This document shows, piece by piece, positions 7,816 to 16,800 of a DNA stretch of 32,000 nt. How positions within the stretch are numbered: position 1 is the first letter of the stretch; every line of letters starts with the position of its first letter. Source of the stretch: Methylorubrum extorquens (GTDB lineage Bacteria > Pseudomonadota > Alphaproteobacteria > Rhizobiales > Beijerinckiaceae); NCBI GenBank assembly GCA_900234795.1, contig LT962688.1, positions 4,050,001 through 4,082,000 on the forward strand, read 5' to 3'. The notes under the pieces were generated by a model that was given only the letters and a program-made list of their open reading frames with translations, had not been told where the DNA came from and made no database searches. Both the position numbers and the translations under genes were made by a program.

Positions 7816-10800
7816 TCAGAGCGTGAAGTCGGCGGCCGTGGGCGCCGTATTGCCCTTGATGGCGAGCTTGAATTCCGGGGAGGCATCGCCGGCCGTGTTC
7901 CCCTGGACGACGACGTAGTCTCCGTCGTCGCGCGTCTCCTGCGTCACCAGGAGTTGTCCGACCCCCGTGAAGGCCGCGCCGGTCGCGAGCGTGAAGGCTT
8001 GGTTCCCGGCCTGCCCGGCATCGGCGTCGATCGCGCTGAGGTCGATCTTGTCGCCCGGCCGGAAGCCCTCGATGGTGTCGCCGTTCGCCGCGCCGGCCGA
8101 GCCGAAGCGGTAGGTGTCGCTGCCCTCGCCGCCATCCATCACGTTCGCGGCGTCGCTCGCCGTGATGTCGTCGTTGCCGGACCCCGTGACGACGTTCTCG
8201 ACGCCCCAGAGCACGTCGCGACCCGACTGGGTGCTGGTCGCACTGCCGCGCCCAGCCAGACCCGTCCCGAGGTTGACCGCGATGTTGGCGGTGATGGCCG
8301 ACATGTCGAGCGTGTCGCTCCCCAGCCCGCCCCCCATCTCGTCGCCCCAGTAGGTGTCGTCGCCGTCACCGGTCTCGGCCACGAACAGGTCGTCGCCCTC
8401 GCCGCCGATGACCGTGTCCCGGCCGGCGCCGGCGGTCACGAGGTCGTTGCCGGCTCCGGCGAGGATGCGGTCGTTGCCGCCATCGCCGTACACCATGTCG
8501 GCGCCGCCGCCGCTGAGGACATCGTCGTCGCCGTCCCCGGCGAACACCACGTCCCGGCCCTCGCCGGCATCGACGAAGTCGTTGCCCGCGCCGGCCCGGA
8601 CCACGTCGGCACCGCCGCCGGCGAGGATGTTGTCGTCGCCGTCCAGGCCGAGGATGGTATCCGCCCCCGCCGTGCCGTTGAGGACGTCTCCGTTCGCGCC
8701 GCCGGCGATCACGCCGGGCACGTGGTTGACGGGCGGAGTGGTGCCGGGACCGGTCCCGGGCCCGTCCTCGTCGCCGTCACCCCCGCCGACCGGGTCGGTC
8801 GTCCCGTCTCCGTCTCCTTGCCCGTCGTCCTCGTCGTCGCCGGGATCGCCCCCGCCGCCGACAGGGTCGGTCACGCCGTCGTCATCGTCCTCGTCCCCAC
8901 CGGCATCGCCGCCACCGCCGACCGGATCGGTCGGGCCGTCCTCGTCCTCGTCGGGATCGCCACCCACGGGATCGGTGTCGCCGTCGTCGTCATCATCGCC
9001 GGGCTCCGTCCCCGGTCCGTCCTCGTCGGACAGCTCGAAGATGTGTTCCGGCAGGACCGTCAGGCCGGTGTTCCGGGCAACGATGTCCGAGAAGCCCTGG
9101 CCGTCGACGACGTTCTCGTAGAAGTCGAAGTTGTCGAAGCGCTCGAGGTAGTAGAAGCGGTCGCCGTCCTGCAGTCGGTCGAACTGCTCGTGCAGCACGA
9201 CCCAGAAGGTCTGGCCGACGACGCCGTTGTTGATGTGCTTCTCGGCAAGCCCGCCGACCCAGAGATCGAGCCGGTCGATCCCCTTCACGACACCGGTCCC
9301 ATCGGCCTGCATGGCGATGGCGATGTCGCCGTTGATCACCCGGAAGGCTGCGATGTCCGCGGCGGCGAGGACGAGGTCCGGGTAGGCTTGCCGGAACTGC
9401 GCGATCACCGCGTCGCTGAGGCCGTTGCGCGCCTGGAAGTCCTCCCAGGAGGCGTAGGGCGAGAGGTCGCCGCCGGCGAAGCCCACCGCGTCCCGGATAT
9501 AGGGATTGGTGGAGGCCGCCAGATCGGCGCGGACCTGGTTGAGGGTGCCGAGGCCCACGTCCCAGCCGCGGGCCACGTTGAAGGCGAACAGGTCGGCCCG
9601 AATGCGCACGAGGTCGTTGCGAACCGCATCGACGATGTTGAAGTCGACGTCCTCGGCCGCCTGCTCGATGGTGCCGCCGATTATGCCGCCGACGCCGTAC
9701 TGAGCGTAGCCGGGCTGCGGCACGTAGCCGGGAGGCAGCGGCGCGGTGAACACCGAGGGATCGTTGCTCGGGTTGAGGAAGGCGTCGAACAGGCTGACCG
9801 GAATGGTCTCGCCGTCGGCGCCCTTCACGTTCAGCGTCTGCCCGATCAGGGAGTGGCCGAACCGGAACACCGCCGCGGCGAACTCGTGGCTGATCGCGAC
9901 ATCCACGCTCGGATCATAGGTCTCGAACCCGTGCGTGCCGTCCGAGCGCAGACCGCCGATCAGCGTCTCCAAGTACTCGTCGAAGACGACACGCTGATAC
10001 TCCGCCTCGTTGACCATCTTGGCGGCCTGGAACACCTGCTCGGGCGTGCCCTCGAAGCCGGATTCGAGGAGCTTCTCGACGTGGTAGTTGTGGTTGCGCG
10101 CCCAGACCGTGTGGATCGAGGTGAGGGCGAAGTTCTCGTTGGCCCGCCCGTCGCCGGCCACGAAGTGGTCGAGGACGCTGATGAAGGGGTTGGTGTCGAG
10201 CAGCAGCGGATGGCCCGAGCCCATGAAGTTTCCGACGAGCTTCGTGAGCACCTGCGGGTCGAAGGCGCCGGTCTCCGTGTTGAACAGGGTGCCGGTCACC
10301 CCCTCGGACAGGGCGAAGTTCGTGTAATAGGTCCGGAAGCTGATCGGCCCGTCCGGTCCGGCGAAGATGGTGTCGGCCTGCCAGTGATGGTTGACCAACT
10401 CGCGCAGCGTCGGCAGCAGGTTGAAGGCGGGGTTGGACGGGTCCGGTGCCCCCGCCAGAAGCCGCATACCGACGCCCTGCGCCCCGTCGCTCTCTCTCAG
10501 GAACTGGCCGACCAGCGCGTTGGAGCCATAGGCTTGGTTCTGGTCGATGTAGGGGGAGGTCTGGTTCTTGTGCTGCGGCACGCCGTTCGCATCGACGGCC
10601 ATGACGGTGCCGCGGGTGAGGTCGGCCGGGTTGTTGGAGCCTGGTGCCCCGCCGCCGGGCGCACCGATCACGATCGAGCCGTTGCCACCCTTGGGCAGGA
10701 AGTCGAGCCCGTGGTCGATGTACTGGCCCATCGCCATGAAGAAGATGTTGGCGTCGTTTCCGGCCTTGGGCAGGCCGGCCTCCTGCGTGCCGAGGATGTT

Positions 10801-13800
10801 GCTGATGGTGCGCGCGTCGAGGCCGTCGAAGATCGGGTTGATGGCCCTGTTGCCGTTGGCGTCGGCCTCGCCGTAGCGGGCCTGGGTCAGGCGGATGAAG
10901 GCTTGGTCGGCGCTGCCCCAGGTCGGGTGGTCGAGGTTGTTGCCGTGGCCGCTGAGCTCGCGGTAGCCCGTCGGCACGTCGTCGTCGCCCGCATTGTCAG
11001 GGCGCTGGCCGCGCACCAGCGCCTCCAGCCCGTCGATGTCGGCTGCCGTGTAGGCGAAGGCGCCGGTGACGCCCTCGCCGTGCCCTCCGTCGGCGCCTGC
11101 ATCCACCGTGATCCGCGGCATGCCGCCCGCGGCCGAGAAGGTGATGGTATGCGACCCGTTGGAGAGGGTCGTCATGCCGTTCGCGCCTGCGGCGGCGACG
11201 TAGTCCGCCCGGTTCGAGCCGGCCGGCAGTTCGATCACGTCCTGCGGCCGCAGAGTGCCGACGATGGTGTCGTGCCCCCCGTTCGAGCGGAAGACGATGC
11301 GGTGGGCCGAGGTGAGGGCGGCCATGTCCACGGTGTCGTCGCCCGATGAGCCGTCGATGGTGATGGTGTTGAAGTTGAGGCTGGTGCCGGTGAAGCTGCC
11401 GATCACCTGAATCGTGTCGCCGCCATTGGCACCGCCGTTCTGGCCCCCGGGCGACGTCACCTGGAGCGTGTTGACGCGGATCTCCTCGACGTTGTCGAGT
11501 TCGGCGACAATCGCGGCGGCACCCGTGCCGTTGCGGGTGATCACGATCTCGGTCGAAGCGGCGAGCTGCGCCTCCGTATTGCCCGCGACCTGGAGCCAGG
11601 CTGACCGGCTGTAGATGCGGAAGGTCTCAGGCCCCGCGGTGCCGTTCAACTGGTAGGTATCGGTGCCGGCTCCGCCATCGACGCGGTCGCGCCCGTCGGT
11701 GCTGACTTGAATGAACGTATCGTTGCCGCCGCGGCCGTTCAGGATGTCGTTGCCGGCGCCACCGTTCATCGTGTCGTTCGGCTGGATCCCGAAGAGGGCG
11801 GTGTCGGCGCCGTTTGCGATGTCGTCACCGGCCGTCCCGTTGAAGGTCCTGTTGAGCGCCGTGCCTGTGAAGGTGTCGCCGACGACGCCGGTGGGCGCCG
11901 AGAACAGCTCTTCCGGATTTCCCGCGCCGTCGGTGAAGCTCACCCGCAGCCTCAGCACGTCCCCGACCTGGGCCTGGCCGGGCGTGTAGTTGAGCGTGCC
12001 GGCGGCGTTGCCGGCGATATCCGTCCAGGTCTGGCCGTTATCGCCCGATTGCTGCCAGCGCAGCGAGAAGGTCCCAAGACCGTCGGCGTCCTGGATCGCG
12101 GCGACCAGCGCGCCGAGCGGCTGGCCCTCCGTCGGCGAAACGAGCCCGTTCGTCGGCGTTGGGTCCGTGACGACGGGCGCCCCGGTCGCGACGGCGTTCA
12201 CGGCGACCTGCTCGACGTTCTTGAGCTCGGCGATGACGATCCCGTTGCGCACGACCACGGTCTGCGTGTCGTCACGGAACGACAGGTTCGCGAACTGCGC
12301 CCGGGCCTGGGCCAGCGTGAGCTGCTGGACGGGACCGGTCCCGTTCATGATCCGGAAGCTGTCCGTGCCGGCGCCGCCATCGACGAAGTCGCGGCCGTCG
12401 CCGGTCCGCCACAGGACGTTGTCGTTGCCGGCTCCCGCGAAGACGAGGTCGTTGCCCGCGCCGCCGCTGAGCGTATTGTTGCCGGCCGTCCCGACCACGA
12501 TGTCGACGGCCGCCGTGCCGTTGGCGACCAGCGTGTAGGGCGTGAGGTCGTTGCCCATCTGGATCTGCTCGATCGTGGTGAGCGTATCGACGCCGTCGCC
12601 CTCCGCTCCGAGGTTGTCGCTGACGACGACCTCGCCCTGCGCGTTCCGCTCGAAGCTGTAGGCCGCGATCGGTCCCGAGTAGATGGCGGTGTCGGTGCCG
12701 GCGCCGCCGATCAGACGGTCGTTGCCGTGCCCGCCGGAGAGTTGGTCGTCGTCGTTGCCGCCGTCGAGCGTGTTGTTGCCGGTCCGGCCGATCAGGGTGT
12801 CGGCGCCATCGTTGCCGAGGAGGGTGTCGTCGCCCGCGCCGCCATCGACCCGGTCGTCGCCGCTGCCGGCGTAGATGGCATCGTTGCCGACATCGCCCTC
12901 GATGTCGTCGTCGCCGTCGCGCCCCAGGATGACGTTCGGGCTCGTGGAACCCGCGATGTCATCGGCGGCGGCGGTTCCGACGAAGGCGGACTGGACGGAG
13001 GCCGTCTGCTGCAGGCCGGTATTGCCGGCGACCGTGCTGGTCCAGTTCGCGACCACCCGGATCTCGACGCCGGTCGCTCCGGTCGGCGTGAAGAAGGTGC
13101 CCCCGTTCGTGACCTGGCCGTCCGCGCCGGTCACGTTGCGCCACTGCCCGTTGTCGGCCAGCACCTGCCATTGCAGGGTCACGGGCCGGGTGGTCGCGTT
13201 CACACGGTTCACCAGCGTCGCGACGAGTGTCGAGGAATCGTCGCCGTCCGCGTCGAACGGTCTGATGGTGAGGCTGTCGAAGGGCTGGTTGAGAACCAGC
13301 GCGACGTCCGCCGTGCCGTCCGCGAAACGCAGCTTCTCGATGTTGCGCAGCGTATCCGTGCCGTCATCGACGGCGGGATTGGTCAGCGTGGTGTGGGTGA
13401 CGGTGAGCGTGCCGTTCGCCGCGCGGGTGATCGTGTAGTTCGCCCGGATGTCGTTGAACACGGCGGTGTCCACGTCCGCCGCCGTCGCTCCGGTGGTGAT
13501 CACCTCGCGGACGATTGCGAGCTGGGTCGGGCTGATCACCCGGTCGATCATCAGCTCGAAGAGCGACTTTCCGGCCCAGCCGCGCGCCTGATTGGCGGCG
13601 CTGTCGTCGAAGACGTGCTTCAGGCTGTCGGCCGTCGCCATCTCCTGGCCAGCATCCGCAGGATTGCGGATGCTGATGCGCACGTTCAGCCAGCGGTCGC
13701 CGTCGAGGATGTCGTTGCCACCGTTGCCCTGGAGCGTATCGTTGCCCGCGCCGCCCAGCAGGATGTTGCCGGCCTCGAAGAACTGCTGCCCGGAAGCAAG

Positions 13801-16800
13801 CGACACGATCTGGTCGAGGCCCGCGATCCGAGCGATGCCGGCCGCGTCGAGCCCGTCGTTGAAGAACACGCCCTCGTTTGCCGCCGTGATCGGCGCGCCG
13901 GCAGGCGCCTCGGCATCCGCGTTGGCGGCCGCGGTCCGGTCGTCGCCGATGAGCGTGTCGTTCAGCCGCCAGCCGGAGAGACCCTCCGTCTTGTCGAAGC
14001 GGTTGCGCAGGATGTCGGCTTCTTCGGTGGTGAAGATCGGGATGCGCATGTCGGCATTGGCCGCGATCTGGTTGCCCTTGTAGATCGCCCAATCGAAGCC
14101 GAACATGCCCTCGTTGCGCATCACGCTCTCGCCCTGGACCATGATGTCGTCGCCGGACTCGCCGTCGAAATCATGCTCGTCGCCCCCGGCAAACATGACG
14201 TCGTGGCCCTTGATGGCCGAGTTGAAGAACAGTTCCGAGTTGTCGCCGGCGGTGGTGTCGAAGCCGCCGCCACCCTCCATCCAGTCGTCGCCCTCGTTGC
14301 CCATCAGAAGGTCGGCGTCGTCGCCGCCGATCACGAAGTCATCGCCCTCGCCGGCAAAGACTTCGGTCGCATCGACGCCGACGAAGATCGCGTCCTTGCC
14401 GCGCCCGCCCATCAGGATGTCGATGCCGTTCGAGTTGGCGATGACGTCGTTGCCGTCCTCGCCCTTGAGGAAGTCGCCGGTATCGCCGGAATCGGTGATG
14501 ATATCGTCGCCCGCTCCGCCGTTCACGAGATCGACGCCCGCGCCCGCCTCGATCCGGTCGTCGCCTGCATCCCCCCAGATTCCGTCATCGCCGAAATCGG
14601 TGATGATGGTGTCGTTGCCGTCGGTGCCACCCACCAGCACATGCTCGCCGCCGGTGAAGCGGAGGTAGTGCCCGGTGGCGAAGGGCTGATTGAGCGCGGC
14701 CGGATCGACGACGGTTGCGTCGAGGTCGGCGGCCGGGCTGGCGATGGACTGCCCGGTGCGCAGGACGTTGCCGGCGCCATCGCGCAGGAACGGGTCGGCG
14801 GCCGGGTCGTAGCCGGGCGTCTGCGCTGGGGTCAGATCGGACCGGTAGGCCGGCGCCGTCCGCACGAGTTCGATGTCGTCCACGAGGATCTGCGCATCGC
14901 CGCTGCCGGTGTTGCGGATCTCCAGGCGAAGCTGAAGGCCCGCAAGCGCCGACGGGACAACACCCGTTGCGAGGGTGAAGGTGCCCCACTGCCCGTCGGC
15001 CGGCTCCGTCAGGGTCAGCGTCCCGAGGGTCACCGGGTTTGCCCCGCCGACCGCCACGAGGCGCGCCTCGGCGCCCGGCCAGGTGAAATCGGTCCGGTCC
15101 CCGACCTTGAAGCTGTAGGTGTAGCCGACGCCGGCCTGGAGGGTCGTCCCGCCCTCCTGCGAGAGCGTGGCGCCGCCGCGCAGCCACACGACGTTGGCGC
15201 CGTCGCGGCCGGCGGGGTCGACGACCGCGTCGGCCGGCGCGAAGAGGCCGCCGACGCCCCCGGCGATGGTCCAGCCGGCCGGGTTCGTCGTGGTGTAGTT
15301 GCCGTTGCCGTCGAGGATCACGCCCTCCTGGCCGGCGACCAGCGCCAAGCCCTCGAAGCTGCCGTTGGCGACCGCCACCGCCTCGGGGACGGACGAGCCG
15401 GGAGCGAAGCCGAGGCGCCCATCGGCACCGATCCGGAGCACCGGTGCGTCCAGCATGTCCGCCTGGGTCAGCGCGATGCCGAGCTTGGCTGCATTCGCCT
15501 TGAGATCGGCCCAGGTGACGGGGTTGCCGGCGCCGCCGACCCCCTCCTCGCTGCCGTCCACGAGCGCGCCCGTGGGGCTCCCGTCCGCACCGTAGCGCCG
15601 GACCAAGGCGTTAATCGAGGCGTGGTAGCCGCTCGCGCCCTCGTCGGCCGCGGTGCCGGGATCGTCGCGCACGACCTTGCCGAGGCCCATCGCCTCCAGC
15701 ACGGGGTCGTTTCCGGTCGGGTCGCGGCCGGGGGCGGCGCCGTTCTGATCGAGCTGGTTGGCGGCGTTCACCTCCAGCTCGAAGTCGTAATCGGCGAAGG
15801 CATCGACGCCGATATGGCGGGGCACGATGTCGTCCGCCGTGCCGCGGATGCCGTCAGGCCCCGGCAGCGACAGGCTCGAATTGGCGAGCATGATCTTCGA
15901 GAAGGAGTTCTGCTCCAACTCGTTGAGGAAGTTCTGCCCCTGGACGCGGCTGAGATAGTAGAACCTGTCGGCATCCTGCAGGTTCTCCATCTGGGCTTCG
16001 AAGATGGCGTTGAAGGTCGAGCCCAGCATGCCGCCGAACGGCATCTGCTTCTCGGCCAGGCCGCCGATCCAGAGATCGACCGCGCCGAAGCCCGTTTCCC
16101 GCCCGGCCCAGCTCCCGCGCGAATTGAGGTAGTCGAGGCGGTCCGTCGGTGCGCCCTCGCCGCCGAAGACCAGGGCCATGGCCGCGTCGCGCTTGGCCGC
16201 GAGCGTCGTCGCGGCGACAACGGTGCCGTGGGTGCCGTAAGCGGCGATGAAGTTCACCACCGAGAGCGGGTTCTTCAGGTTGGCCGCCATCTCCACCCAG
16301 CTCGTGTAGGGGGTGAGGAAGGTCGAGCCTGTCGCGGCGTAGAGCTGGGCTCGTGCCTCGTTGAGCGTCGGCGTGCCCGTATCGCGGCCGCGGGCGATGT
16401 TGATGGCGGCGAGATCGAGCGGCAGGCCGAGCAGATTGTTGCGCAGGGCACCGACGACGAACTCGTCGATTTCGCTGCCGCGTTCGATGGTCATGCCGCG
16501 CATGATCGCGGCCGCGCTCTCGTCGTGGGACAGGCCGCCGTCGTTGTCGAAGGCCAACGGATTGAGGAAGGCGTCGATCAGGCCGAGGTCGGCATCGAGC
16601 GCCTGCCCGTCCGGCCCGAGCCGCGGCATGTTCTCGGTCAGCATCGAGTGGCCGAAGCGGTAGACCGTATTGGCGAACTCGGCGAAGATCGACGGGTCGA
16701 TCTCGGTCACCGGATTGAACACGAAAGGATCGACCAGCGGTTGGATCTTGCGGGCGAATTCCTCGAAGACGAGGTGCTGGTACTGCATCTCGGTGGCGAA

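Noticed and set aside
8760-9030. Regularly spaced ~60-nt DNA repeats, considered as a CRISPR-like or minisatellite array
   Set aside because: The repeats are in-frame inside the giant CDS (TDPVGG units). The 'spacers' are acidic coding sequence, and there is no palindromic repeat or leader.
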